A stretch of DNA of 64,000 nt from positions 15,605,881 through 15,669,880 of the forward strand of contig NC_092678.1 of NCBI RefSeq assembly GCF_964355755.1, in the 5' to 3' direction. The stretch's first letter is position 1, and each line of letters begins with the position of its first letter. The notes below the pieces were generated by a model that saw only the letters and a program-made list of their open reading frames with translations, was not told the origin of the DNA and ran no database searches. Both the position numbers and the translations under genes were made by a program. Below, piece by piece: positions 1-13,289 of the stretch. Source of the DNA: Antedon mediterranea (Eukaryota; Animalia; Echinodermata).

Positions 1-188
1 ATAACAATGTGTAAATAATATGGAGAACAAGAACACAGGAATGAGTGATATTGCCAAACCTGACATAAAATAAATGTACTCAATGCTTAATTTGTAAATT
101 GTGAGATTGTGGTTAACTATATTTCGCAGTTGTCCTTGTTTTATTTTATTTTCACAAAACCAACAGCTATCACAAAACTAAACAATTA

Positions 189-857
189 CCGTACTGATGC
201 GGGTATAAGCCCACCCCCCTTGAACATGAAATCACGTCAAGTTTGGGGGGTGGGCTTATACCCGAGGATCCAAAAATGCAGATCGTCAAAAACAGCACAT
301 GTACACTGTGTGTATTCCACCATGCGAGCGAGTGCCCTCACGTGTACGACGTTGCCTCTAAAATACACGAGGTGTAGAGTATCGGAAAATTAAGCTTATA
401 GTTCGTGTAATTTATCGTAGAATATCTTATTTTAAACATCAATTGAACAAGAATTTATCAAGCAGGAAAGCAAGTATACAATGTTCGTTAAATAGAAATG
501 TACCAAAGAAATTTAATAAGCTTGTTTATGGCAGCCGATACCAAATAGTGGTTTTCCGTTTTGGCGACTTGTAGCGTCGTGTGTGAAGCGATCTTCGACC
601 GCGATGGAGTGTATACAAAACAGGACCGCTAGGCCTCATATGGCCTAGCGTATATTAGCCTAGCTTGGTTATGATCAAAGGTAGGTGTATTCGGTGTATG
701 GACGTCGGCAAATACAAAATAATGTATTACGACACACACTGTAGATCTTCGAATTAATGGGTGGGCTTATACCCGAGTGCCTCATTTTTCATGAAAATTA
801 GTCAAAAGTCGGGGTGGGCTTATACCCGAGTATGGGCTTATACCCGCGTCAGTACGG
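189..857. mobile_element. Non-autonomous Tc1/mariner-type DNA transposon (MITE)
   Basis: TIRs CCGTACTGATGCGGGTATAAGCCCA ... TGGGCTTATACCCGCGTCAGTACGG; TA on both flanks (187-188, 858-859); internal repeats of GGGCTTATACCCG. Confidence 0.85.
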
Positions 858-927
858 TAAATGATGAGAAACCATGTTTTCAAAACCAAGTCCTTGAGGA
901 ACTGAATTCCTTTTATATCAAGTATAC

Positions 928-1535
928 TTCAAGTTCAGGTTCAGGTTCAGATTTATTCACATAATGCAAATACATACAAAAATATAATAGATACAAATGG
1001 TTGGAAATTAAGTAAAGTAATAGTTGCATTATGCCTGGAGAATACCATTTAAACTCCAAGAGGCTTTGAGCCTGGATCCACCAGAAAGAATAAAGTAGAG
1101 TTAAAAATAATAATAATAAGCATTGTGACAGAAAGGGACGGACATGTACGACGATACAAACACAACAGGAAGGACAAACAGTATTTATATGATTCGCTTA
1201 ATTAAATTTAATTTTAGTATTAATATGATCGAAATAATTAATTTACTTTATATTTTGATATTAGATAAGATTTGTAGTTTATTTTTAGAGTATTATTTTG
1301 TTTTGCTATTAGTTATTGACGGATTAAGAGAGTTCCAGAGTAGGGGACCGGTATGTAGTATAGAGTTGTTAAGTATTTGCTTACTATTATAGTTTTTAGA
1401 AATGTAGTTGTTTGCGTTCCTAGTGTTATATGTGTGTAGTTCGTTATTTTTAGTGAAGAAACCGTTGAAAGCAATTGGAAGTTTGTTATTTGAGTACCTA
1501 TACATGAACTTAAATTGTTTATTATAAAATAAAAA
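928..1535 (-). mobile_element. 5'-truncated LINE (CR1/L2 group), ORF2 C-terminus plus 3' tail
   Basis: Minus ORF FKFMYRYSNNKLP..F..N.ELHTYNTR..SILHTGPLLWNSL is a typical CR1/L2 ORF2 end; element finishes in AATAAA + (CTGAAC)n microsatellite at ~930-958. Confidence 0.75.
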
Positions 1536-1747
1536 CCTTTGCAACAACATTGATAATAATCTCATTTGTTTTTCGACATTGTTGAGCAGAATGAGAAAAT
1601 TGAGATAAAAGTGGTGTTACAAGAATCTAATTCCTTATTATATTTAGTTACAAAGGTTCAAAGAATTTTGTATAACATATAAGAAACAGGAATTTTAAAC
1701 AGCTAAGCTTTGACATTAATTTGGCAATCAAGTAATCTGAAGCCTAC

Positions 1748-4700
1748 CTGGACACCGTACCAGCTGGAAACAGGTTGTTAGCCTTGATAAGAAGCTGTAA
1801 GTCTTCATTGTTCCAAGGAGATGAGTCACTTCCTCCTCCTGTTGCTCCTTTGCCTGCAGATAGTTCTTGCTGTCGTTTAAGCTCCTTTTCTCTCTCTTGT
1901 CCAATCTGTTCAGTTACCTCTTTCAGCTGTAATGAGATAGTTTATAAGTACGTTTCTTTTTATTTTATTATTATAATTCAGCACACACAAAAAAACCCAT
2001 GTTATATTTTGGAAAGAGTACTCTATAAAGAACAAACTAACTTTCATGAAAAAAATGCTATTTAATTTTTAAACTATTACTACTCTGATTATCTGTGTAT
2101 TATGTGCATTTGGCGGGGCGTTTATTTCTTAGTTTGAGTATTCTTCATTTAAATTAAACACCACCTTATTGTATTTCTATAAAGTTCTGCGGTGCTGACG
2201 TCATGATGGTAGGTAGCGCTGCATGGTTGCTAGCCAACCAAAATATGTGTTCAACCTGCCTGAGTGACTCCTAGTTAACCAATGGTTTAGAATAAGTTTA
2301 TTGAAGCAGTCATTTTAAAATTTCATACAGTACTTTTCAATAACAACAAACTAAAATTTCAAAAGATCACTAATTACAGTATTTGTTTTTAATAATCTAT
2401 TCATTCTTCAACTACAGTTTAAGTTTAAAAAAAAAAAGATACATAATTTGATAGAAACACAAATCTATAGTGTTTACCAACATATAGCATTGAACACATT
2501 TTTTGTTGTGCTGGCAACCACGCAGCGGCATCTAGCAATGTGACGTCACACCGCAGAACTCTATACAAACCTGTGTTTCAAACACTGTCTTTGATGAGTC
2601 CTCTGATGTCATTCCTGCATTCAGTTTCTGCAAACTAATACAAATGTAAAACATTTGTTAATAGGGAGGTTTCTCGCAATCTTACGAATACGATAACAAA
2701 AACGGATACGTATTCGTTTTTCGTAAGCCAGTAAAAATCTGTTTCGCATGGCAACGAAATATTGAGGGCGCCGTCCAAAATATGACTGCGGTAAATTTGA
2801 GCGAAGCGCAGGTACGTGTTGCTTGGTGTTCGGCTGCTATTTATCCAAATTGACCTGCCATTTTATTAAATTACTTTCAATAAAAGTATAATTATAATAT
2901 AATCATGAATCATTCCTGATTCAAATGCAAAATGTGCAAAATAGATCAAAAACTATACTCGTTTTGTAGTTACAAATATGACTGGTGATATTCGTCAACA
3001 CGAATACGCTTTACGAATATGAAATGGGGATCAGGTCCAAAAGTTTCACAAATGTGTGACGTATCCGTTTTCGTTATCGAAAGGTTGCGAAACCTCCCTA
3101 TTAACATACATCAAGTAAAGTAATATAATGTAACTCGATATTCAGTTTACAGAATGCATGTTACATATAATAGAACAAAAACAAATTGGGGACCCTGCAG
3201 AGGATATAAATTTATTTTTGTTTTTTTTATTTCAAATTTATTTAGAGCTAGTTACCCTTCCAACTGTACCAGCAGGCCAGTCGATTTAGGGCGCTCATTA
3301 AAATGACAATACATAAAGATCTATACTTAACGAAACTCAATACAATATAAAAATTAAGACAAAATACATTTTTTAAACCAAAATTTCAAGGAATTAAAAA
3401 TATTTATTATTACGCTAGAAACATTGCGTAAGAATAAGATTTTTAGTGCAGTTTTTAAATTGCATGAAGGACTTACTGTATACTGAATTCAAAGTCTTTC
3501 TTAAAACTCACTTTTTTAAATAGAATTTTACTCTTATAGCACTTTATAAATGCTTGTGTATGTGTATGTACGGCCATACTGCGTTGAAACCCCGGTTCTC
3601 TTTAGATCACCGAAGTTAAGCAACGTTGGGCCCGGTTGCATTCTGGATGGGAGACCGTCTAGAAATAGCGGCGGGTGCTGTATATACTGGAGAGTGATGG
3701 TGTAATGGATCGCACTTAACAGTGCATGTTAAAGAACTTAATACACTATTCCAAAAGAGTAGGGGATCATCTCCCGGTGTGCTGATCTGGTAGGCGCTGC
3801 ACTGCTGGAAGGCCTAATCTGAATTTGAGTTTCAATTTAAACTTGAGGACTAAGAATAACACATTTAACAGTTTTTATTTGTGTATTATAATTATAACCT
3901 ATTACGAGTACTGACCTTTGTAAATCTAACCTTTGACATAATGTTTCAACCGCTTCCAATCGCTTTACTAAATCGCCATCTTCACCAAGAAAATAGTTAT
4001 ATTTCTAAAACAGTAGAACAAATATATTAAATATAAATAAAAGATAAAAGTGGATGAAGGAACGAATGAAATAGTAGTAGTTGGCAGCACCGTAACACAA
4101 ATGGGGAAGCATGAAAAGTGCAACATTAGTCTACAGCGCATTGAGATGTGTGAAATACACTGTAAAGATACATTAACTATATAAAGCTAAGCCAAGAGAG
4201 CAATAAATGTCAAGTGAGGCTCACCTTACAAGTGTCTCTAAGAGCCTTTCTCTCCCGTCTCATTGCTTTCTTCAAAGCTTCCCTTTCTTTCTTAGCTTCA
4301 TCGGCCTAAAAAATGTACATAAAATCACATAATGAAGAATGCATTGAAAAAAATGAAGAATTCTCGAAGGTCAATCATCATATTATGAATTATAATAAAA
4401 ACAAATTATCAAAACAATTATCGCACTCGGAGAGGCTCAGAGAAAGACCAAAAAGAAGACCAAAAACAACATGGATGGCAAACATAAAAAAGGAAACACA
4501 ACTTTTCACATGCGGACCTAACACATGGTTGCTCAAAAACGTACTGAGTGGCGAACACAAGTGAGACACGCAATGTCTAACAACGATTAGCGTTTAAGAT
4601 GATGACGATCAAGCATAGTTCAGAATAATCAAGTAGATTGTGGTCAATGCTTAACAGAATTATATATAACATTTATATAAATATCTCTTGTATTTTGTTG

Positions 4701-7700
4701 AATGGTTTAAATGAAACAGCAAACACACACTATTACAATATTTCAGATTTCTTGGCATTTAATTATATACATTTTGAGTACAGCGTCTAGGCTTTTCAAT
4801 GTTCTGTTTGTTTTTACACTGTTTTCTTCCAAGCCGAAAATACAATGCAGTACAAGAAAATCACCCCGGCATCTACACAACAACTTATAAATTTTAATCC
4901 ATCAAGTTTTTATAACAAATGTAAAAGTACTTAAAGTATAGTATTGAATAAACGTTTTTCACTTTGTTTATTAAATTTACCTTAGCTTTTTCTTCTGTTT
5001 CTCTTTTTACTTTAGCTAATCTCTCAGCTTCAAGTACAGATTCTTTTTCCTTCAAACAAAAAAATAAAAGTTTACATTATAAATCATAATAAAACTCACA
5101 CAAGTATGGGCTATAAACCGTAGGTCTAGTGTACACAAAGTGCTTGTGTGTACTTTAAAGAACCTAGTACATCTCTGAAGAAAGGAAGGGTTACCTAGGT
5201 GTACTAGTTCACACAGCCAATGTCACACACAGCCACTACTTCTAGTAGGCCTCCTAGTTCCATAATAATTGATAGGACAATGAATAGTGATAAGCCGTTG
5301 TTTTGAATTTGCGCAAATTAATTTGTCAGGACTAAAAAGGTTTAAGATGAACTAAATCTGGGGCGGATTGCTATAAGCGGTCTTAGTGCTTAGCCGGCTA
5401 TATTTCATGACGTAGACAATTGCTATACCACTGTTTAAAATTAAAGCCTATGTACAGAAGAAACTATATTATTGGAATATATTATGTGTATATAATTACG
5501 GAGCCAAGTAGGCTATAAGAAGTTACTAATGATATTTGGACCCAATGCATGCTCTCACAACACAGTATAGTGGGTAAGTTGGATCTCACTAAACCTACTC
5601 GAAGGAGTCTTAAAACAGTCTTAAACCTCTCTTTTTGTTGATTTTACATATTAAATATCGTGAAAGACAACAAATTGAATGTTGAATTGAATTGATTGTT
5701 AAATCAAATAATAACGGTGATTTTATTCGTGTATAGGCCTAGAATAGATTTTCTCGCGTAAAAATATACGTACTGTTATGATTGCGATTTGAACAAGCGT
5801 GACGAACATTACCTTATTTGGTATTCTACGCGCAAATACGCCCTCAATTTGTACCTTTACGTGGTCTTAGCTAAGACTATTTCATAGCTCCTGTTCATAG
5901 CTTCACAGCTTACCTTTTTTCTTGCCATCTCAGCAGCTTTAATGATGTCTTGCTTGGCTTTCTTTTCGGCAGCTTTTCTTTCTTTTTCATCATCTTTAAA
6001 TTTCTTAATTCTAGGATCACAGGCATATGCGTTATCTGTTTCATAAAATGTTAAACAAAATGAATGAATTCATCACATTACTTGAATATTTACAAAGTGG
6101 CATTTTAAAAGACCAAGTTAGATATAAATATTTTAAAACATCTGACAAACTGAGTGACTGGAAAAGCAATTCAATTATTTTTCAATCAATCAATAGTTTA
6201 TAAAATTAATCAATAATCTGTCTGACATAAAATAAACACATTGTATTAAGAATAAAAATAAAAGTAGTCAGAAACTGAGTGAAGTACTTGGCAAAATATA
6301 TCAGGAAAAACTACATTCGGAGAGAGAGGGCTCACTACTTGATATTTCGACATATGTTAAAAAAAATACAGAGGGCGTGCTTTTTAATATTTTTAGCTTC
6401 ATATTTGAATATAAGTTTTTTAGATGTCACCATATCAATTTTCCTGAAAACCAATAGGCATGTTCTGCAAGTATGTATCTGTATAACACCAAAACATTCA
6501 GGACGATATCTTGAAAATGTGTGCGAACAAAAAAACAAAACAAGTGCTATACTTAAAAGCAAAATTATATTTTACCGAATAATGACGTTATTATATTTAA
6601 TTGTATTTTTCGGACATATCCCAAGAGTGAGAAAAAATGTGTTTAATTAGTATATTTGATATATAATGGTTTAGTCCAATGAACTTCAACCAACACCATA
6701 GAACACAAATCAATGAATCATATATTGTATATCCCACAAATTAAAACAAAACATGCTAATGATCTACATTAAAAAGTCGTTCATTCAGAAAAGACAGATT
6801 GGTAAACTTACCTACAAGTTGCCTTATTCTAGCTACTTCTTCCTTTTTCCTTCTTTGTCTTTCAACTTTATTCTGTTTCTCAATCCACCTCCTCTCCTCT
6901 CTATTTTCTCCCTTTTCTTTTTCCTCCTCATCTAAGTAAGAAAATTCTCTCCAAGACTGGAAATTATACCTATAATATCAAATTATACCAGAATATCAAA
7001 TTATACCAGAATATCAAATTATACCATTTATTTCTTTCAGATTTCAAAGTAAATACAGATTAAAAATTGAAAATATAGATTTTAAGTTTAAAAAAATGTT
7101 ATGACTATAAAAAATGAATTATTTAATATAGTCTATTTCCTAGAAAAACAATACATTTACATTAAATACTACAGTTGAGAATAAAGAGTATAATCATTAG
7201 CTTATACAAGATTTTAATTTTTGTTTATATTTATAAGCAAGAAACTAAAATAATTTTTTTTTTAATATCTAACCAGAAATTGTAGAATTTGTTGACTTCA
7301 TCAAACGTAGCATTTTCACCACCTAACGCTGGCACTCTTGGTTTCAGGGACCACCTGAACAAAAAAATACAATTATATCATTTTATAATATTTAATAAAT
7401 TATAATAATAGGGAGGTTTCGCAACCTTACGAATACGATAACGAAAACGGATACGTCACACATTTGTGAAACTTTTGAGCTGATCCCCATTTCACATTCG
7501 TAAAGCGTATTCGTGTTGACGAATATCACCAGTCATATTTGTAACTACAAAACGAGTATAGTTTTTGATCTATTTTGCACATTTTGCATTTGAATCAGGA
7601 ATGATTCATGATTATAATATAATTATAGATTTATTGAAAGTAATTTACTGAAGTAATTTACTAAAATGCCAAGTCAATTTTGATAAATAGCAGTTTTTAA

Positions 7701-10700
7701 AGTCCTCACTCGCTTTGATGTTACGCTAGGCCTAGGCAGCCAAGCACCAAGCAACACGTACCTGCATTTCGCTCAAATTTACCGCAGTCATATTTTGGAC
7801 GCGCCTCAATATTTCGTTGCCATGCGAAACAGATTTGTTTATGGCTTACGAAAACAAATACGTGTGCGTGACGTATCCGTTTTCATTATCGTATTCGTAA
7901 GATTGCGAAACCTCCCTAATATTTACTGAATAATTATAAAACATATTTATACTTGACAGACACAAAAAAACTCAGTTCTTCGTTGTAGTAACAATTACCA
8001 TCAGGTTGGGTTCGAATATAACCCATCAGCGCAAGCTCGGTGGTCAAAGGTTATGGGTTTTGCAACTTTTTATACAAGTGAACGAGCTAAGTATTATGCT
8101 ATTGTTAAGAAATTCAACTTTATATTGTGTTTAATTGGTTTGGACACAAAAACATCATACATTCCAATGTGTAAACTGAAACAATAATACACCTAAAAAA
8201 GGATGATATAAACAATATATTACCTAGAATTCTTTTTAAAAACATCTCGGAATACTTGATAGAAGTTTTCTTTTGAATATGTATTGACGCTTGGGACGTC
8301 ATCCTCAAACTGAGGATCAACACTATCGTATGACTTTCTTTTGGTTGGGTTGCCAAGGATATCATATGCTGAGAAAAAGAAAATCTAAATAAAAATGTTG
8401 CATAAATAATAAATACAAAAACAATCTTAAAAGAAGGTGGATGTATTTTTATTTAAGTAGTGAGACAAAATACGAATCAAATCGGTATATTAAAGCTCTG
8501 TCTACCCTATCCAACTTTATGTGACAAAAAATATGATGTGCATGTGCATATATGGACATGATGATGTCATCAATACCATATTTAAGCATTTCACTATCAT
8601 ATTTAGGTACACCACACTTTTTGTCACATCAATTTTCATAGTATAGACAGAGCTTTATACATCTTCAGTATTATTTAGTAAGCAAAAGTCTAAATTGTTT
8701 GTAGTAAAATAAAGTAAGGTGTATAGCATGGTATAAACTTGGATCTCCATTAAAAACCACTCAGTGAAAGTCAACTACTATGTATTCGTCAATGAATACA
8801 ATTACTTACAACCGTAAGTAATTGTATTTCATTTTTTATAACTTATTTTTCAATAATAATACACCACTATTTATTTCATTAGCTGTTTTGAGCTTTGTAT
8901 AGTAAGCATTATTATGTTGTTTCTAAGAGCAAGAATTAACATGACTAGCTTTTAAAATGAAGGATATAAATTTGATTTAAATACATTTTTAGTTTACTTG
9001 GTAATTATGTTATTTAATAAAAATAATATTAATAAAATAATAATATGGATATATTTGGAAATAATGAAAATAAACTGCTACCTTTTGTGATACATGTGAA
9101 GTAATCATCATCTTCACTGACTTGCACAGTGCCTTCAAGTTTCTTTCGTTTATCTGGGTGATGCTTTAACACTTTATGTTTATCTGAAAATATAATAAAG
9201 TACATAAAGTACAACTCATAAGGTTGTTTTAACAGCATATTTTTTTTACCGTCGAAATGACGGTTTACCACAACATCATCTGCAGTTTCAAGGCCCTTTC
9301 TACAGCAATTGCCGTCGATCTTCATATTATTATTAGATATTATTGTAATGTGTGGTGTGATATTGTCAGTACAAGGGTCCGTTAAATGAGCGTTTAACGA
9401 ATATAAAAACGATCTGTTAGGTCGGCGTTTAACGGACGAAAACAACGGACGTTGTTCTTCCGTTGTACGCGTTAGATAGTAAATTCAATTTCATTGTACA
9501 GTATTAACCATGATACGCTCTGCTGAGTACAAACCGCCCAACTCATTAACGTTTTGCATATTATTAACGCATTTAAACGTCTATTAACGGAGTAAAAACA
9601 TTTGGGCACGCTCCCTTACAGAATCATGAGTTAGCATCAAAAAGTAAATAAATATCAAACCATTAATACATTTTAATAATATATAAAAAATTTATAAACA
9701 ATAAAAAAAATAAAATTAGGAATTGAAATTTTTAGACAATCATGAATAAGTATTAAAGTGCAACTTACCAACCAATCATGAATAAGTATTAAAATGCAAT
9801 TTATCAGTCAATCATGAATAAGTGTTCAAGAGAATAAGTATTAAAACACAATCAAATGCATCACAGTTTTGAAAATTAAGTAAATCAGTAAAATGTATTA
9901 AACACTAATGAATTTCTAGTAACTTACATGCTTTCTTAATGTCATCCTCAGAGGCTCTATACCTTAGCTTAGAGAGGCCTAAAACAGCATAGTGGTCTTG
10001 GTCCTGTATCAATAAAGATTTAACTAAATAATTAACAATATGAATTTCTATTAAGAAGCTATCAACTTGTGACCACTGAGGACTGACAACAAATCTAGGT
10101 CAGGTCAATCACCTGGAACTCGAAACCATAAAACCAGTGACAAGGTTTGGAGCGAGGACACACAAACTAACATGGCAAAGTTTGGTTGTCAGTCATCGCA
10201 AATCATATGCTCCCTAGACCAATAGTGTCTCTAGGATGTTGGGGAAAGCTAGAAACCATAAACTGATATTGGACATCCTCACAAATATGCCTTTTTGCAT
10301 TTTTTTACTTTTTAAATTGGGAAGGTCTGTTTTATGGTAAAAGAAATCTAACATGTGACCGGATTTGAACATCTATGCCTGGGAATGGTAGCCAAGCATT
10401 CCATTAAGTTGCAATCTCACTTACTCACAGTATTTTATATTTTAAAACCATTGTTATACCTTCCAATCTTTTGGATTTAGTGTCTTAAGCATAGTGTCAT
10501 CTTCTTCGTCGAATATCGTTTCCTCTTCTTCGTCAGATGAGCTACTGGATTGTACAGATTCATTGTGCGATAGAGTGAGTCTATTGCGACGACGTTGAGA
10601 GAATGCCTCATACCACCTGCCTACTGGTTCAATTTTAACAGTTATCGGACCTGAAAATAATAAAGTTTTGCACGATATAAGATTTCAATAATCTGATTAA

Positions 10701-12945
10701 CAAAGGATGAAAATGTTAAGATTATATATGCTAGGCATAGGCCTAGACCTTTACTAGCTAGGCCTAGAGGCATAGGCCTATACAATATTATTGTTAGACC
10801 CAGGACAGGTCTAATAAAATAGTAATAGTTACTAGCTAGGCCGGTGTCTGATCATTTCGGCCGCCAGTCATTTCGGCCGCCGGTTATGGAACGCCAAAAA
10901 TTATGAAACGCCAAAAAAGACAAAATAGGGTGTATACATGTGCCTATCGCCTGAATAGACGTGTGTAAATGGTGTCAGATGAAATCGGTCGCGCTTGAAA
11001 TCGATCGCGTTTGAAATCGGTCGCGATAAAATAAACATCCGGTATTTTGTATGGAGCGCCGCTAGATACGCTTTTTATCCTATTAGTTACGTTTGATATC
11101 GGTCGCGTTTTATTTTGGTCGCGCTAATTTGTATATGGCGCATTAGATACATTTTTAATGAAAACGTTCATTATGTTTTTAGTTAATTTTGAATATTGGA
11201 ATTTCTAATAATAGGCTACTGTTTGACATTTTTTAAACCTCGATCGTTATTTTTTAAGTACAGTAAATATAAATATTTATCTCATTATTTATAAATAATT
11301 TGTGTTTCCATTTTATCTTACAGGTTTTAATGAATTGTAATGTGTTCTTTTAGCATTCCGTTATTTAAGGTTTTGAAAATGAATATTAATTTAATAGTTA
11401 AACAAGTAGACGCGCCTATTGCGTATTTTTTAATCACAGTTAATTACGAAACTCGTTCTATACCTGCAAGTGGATACCAGCTCAATGAGGTTTATGCAAT
11501 AAAGGAATTTGATGCATGATGATGATTTTTGCATTCGATATCCGCCACTCTGACGTGAGCATGGTTTAGGATAATAATAAAATATATAGATAATATTCCG
11601 TTATAAATCAATCTACCAGCCCTACAGTAGGTCTATGATGTACAATGACGATAGATGTGAGAATAATGTATTGATAATAAAGGTGGACACGATTCTCAAA
11701 GAGGTACTGATATTTAAACATTTAGATATTTACGAACGTCGTATGGATGTTATGTGAGACTACTTACTTAATTATTTACATTAAATGATTATTGTAAATA
11801 AAAAAATAAAAGATATTTTTTCAAATTAAAATCTATAGTATTGACGTACAGTATACGTAAATTATATACATCGTTTCACAAAAACACGTGCAGGAGGCCT
11901 ATACCTAGACGTTTTAAAAGTATGGTTATTAGTAATAATAGACGTCATCTTTACCTGGCCGGCATGGACAACGATCGTACGTGTTTTGTCCATGATTTGA
12001 CACACTAACAAGTGCGTGCTTTTTAAAAAGGGGATCGAAACCCCGTCAGCAAAATAACGCATTGTTAGAGGAAACAGCTGCACGATCATAGAAGGCGCAT
12101 CTCCAATATGGCTTATTCGGGGGTTTATTTCAGTAACTCGCCTTTTAACCAGCCGCATATAATGATCATTTTTACTAATAGTAACAACTATTTTTAATCA
12201 CACAGCCGATTTATGACTTATGGGGGGATTAGTTTAGTAGTTTTAACTAAAGTATTTCTACACGACTTATTTTATTTCACAGTGGTTGTTGTGGGTGGGT
12301 GGAGGGGGGGGGGCTGAGGGGTTGTAGGGCTCAGGGAAGAAGCCGGCGAATGATAGTAAAATAGCGCAACTCTATACAAATCAAAAAGTATGATCGTTTT
12401 TGTTGATTGCTGCTTGCTGTTTGAATACGCACGTCTATTATTCAGGCGATAGGCACATGTATACACCAATTTTTATAATTGAGGCGTGCCATACATTAAC
12501 AATATTGGCGGCCGAAATGAACAATACATATTTTGTCCTTTTTGGCGTTTCATGATTTTAGGCGTTCCATAACCGGCGGCCGAAATGACTGGCGGCCGAT
12601 ATGCACTGTGACCGCTAGGCCTAACTAGACTCTAAAATACGTCTATACACTATGATTGTTACTCTGTGTGTAGGCCTACTAGCCTGACATAGGGCTAGGC
12701 CTAGTACTAGTAGGCCCAGAGGTAGGCTATGGCTAGGGTAGCCCGGTTGCCGCCTACTAAAAAAACCCACCTAGCTAGGCCCTCTAGCATAGATAGCTAG
12801 GCCTAGGCCTAGCTACTATAAGTATAATATTAATGCCTAGGCTAGGCATATTATGAATATATGGTTTTATTGTACTTATATAGTTAAAAAACTCACATGG
12901 TAGTCTTCCATATACAATAGACTGATTGTTCTCGTTTAATAACAT
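1748..12945 (-). CDS. DNAJC2: DnaJ homolog subfamily C member 2 (zuotin/MPP11); 13 coding exons in window, 3' part lies beyond the left edge
   Basis: GT-AG exons with consistent phase: 12897-12945, 10460-10650 ([17 protein letters not shown]), 9928-10003 ([10 protein letters not shown]), 9082-9183 (LKHHPDK J-domain HPD), 8224-8368, 7274-7354, 6812-6969 ([15 protein letters not shown]), 5914-6035 (NAYACDPRI), 4981-5049, 4225-4305, 3916-4004, 2571-2634, 1748-1926 (SANT start [20 protein letters not shown]). Confidence 0.95.
2177..2565. mobile_element. MITE
   Basis: Inverted termini TATAAAGTTCTGCGGTGCTGACGTCA / TGACGTCACACCGCAGAACTCTATA. Confidence 0.65.
2663..3099. mobile_element. MITE (PIF/Harbinger- or ISL2EU-like), copy 1
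   Basis: TIR AGGGAGGTTT..CGCAA / TTGCGAAACCTCCCT; internal sequence is the reverse complement of the copy at 7410-7917. Confidence 0.85.
3566..3860 (+). mobile_element. 5S rRNA-derived SINE (SINE3) with Nin/Deu-like central domain
   Basis: Head TACGGCCATAC..GATCACCGAAGTTAAGC..GGATGGGAGACCG..GGGTGCTGTA matches 5S rRNA with A and C boxes; reads on into GCATGTTAAAGAAC..AAAAGAGTAGGGG..CCCGGTGT with no T-run terminator. Confidence 0.8.
7410..7917. mobile_element. MITE, copy 2, opposite orientation to 2663-3099
   Basis: TIR AGGGAGGTTTCGCAA / TTGCGAAACCTCCCT; shared internal sequence. Confidence 0.85.
8492..8656. mobile_element. Short Harbinger-like MITE family; other copies ~16037-16152, 23160-23270, 38216-38353, 42490-42618, 43002-43161, 47313-47432
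   Basis: Recurrent TIR AAGCTCTGTCTACACTATCAAACT / AGTTTGATAGTGTAGACAGAGCTT with shared internal GATGTGCCCA/ATATGG motifs and TWA-type flanks. Confidence 0.8.
10843..12613. mobile_element. Non-autonomous DNA transposon with 8-bp TSD (MULE- or Merlin-like) in DNAJC2 intron 1
   Basis: ~85-bp imperfect TIRs containing ATTTCGGCCGCC repeats; GG..CC ends; direct repeat GCTAGGCC at 10835-10842 and 12614-12621. Confidence 0.85.
10929..12467. mobile_element. Second TIR element nested inside 10843-12613
   Basis: Perfect 29-bp TIR GGTGTATACATGTGCCTATCGCCTGAATA / TATTCAGGCGATAGGCACATGTATACACC; no clear TSD. Confidence 0.7.
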
Positions 12946-13289
12946 TTTAAGCTCCGTTTTTCCTCGTAAAAAAAGTCTACCTTCACCACCCAGAAGAGAC
13001 ACACACATGTTGTCAAAAACAGCAATAGCGCCCTCAAGAACGTGAAAATGTATCAAAGATCGAGCAGGGTAGGAAGGAGGGGTTACCGTGCACCCCCATG
13101 ATGTATTTTTTAATGTACATTTTTGTAATCCTGAATATATGTATTAACATTTTTTGATGGCCTTGTGAGAAACACTCATCCACTAAATTTAAAAATTTGG
13201 GTCCGATATTGGTCTTTACGTTTTTGCTGTACGGAGGATTGAACCAAATGATGTTTCTGTTTCGGTTTTCTTTTTGGTTGCTTGTTCAG

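Noticed and set aside
1525-1626. Possible next DNAJC2 exon
   Set aside because: The required phase gives an immediate stop and there is no match to the expected SANT continuation (WEVIA-like); the real exon is probably left of the window
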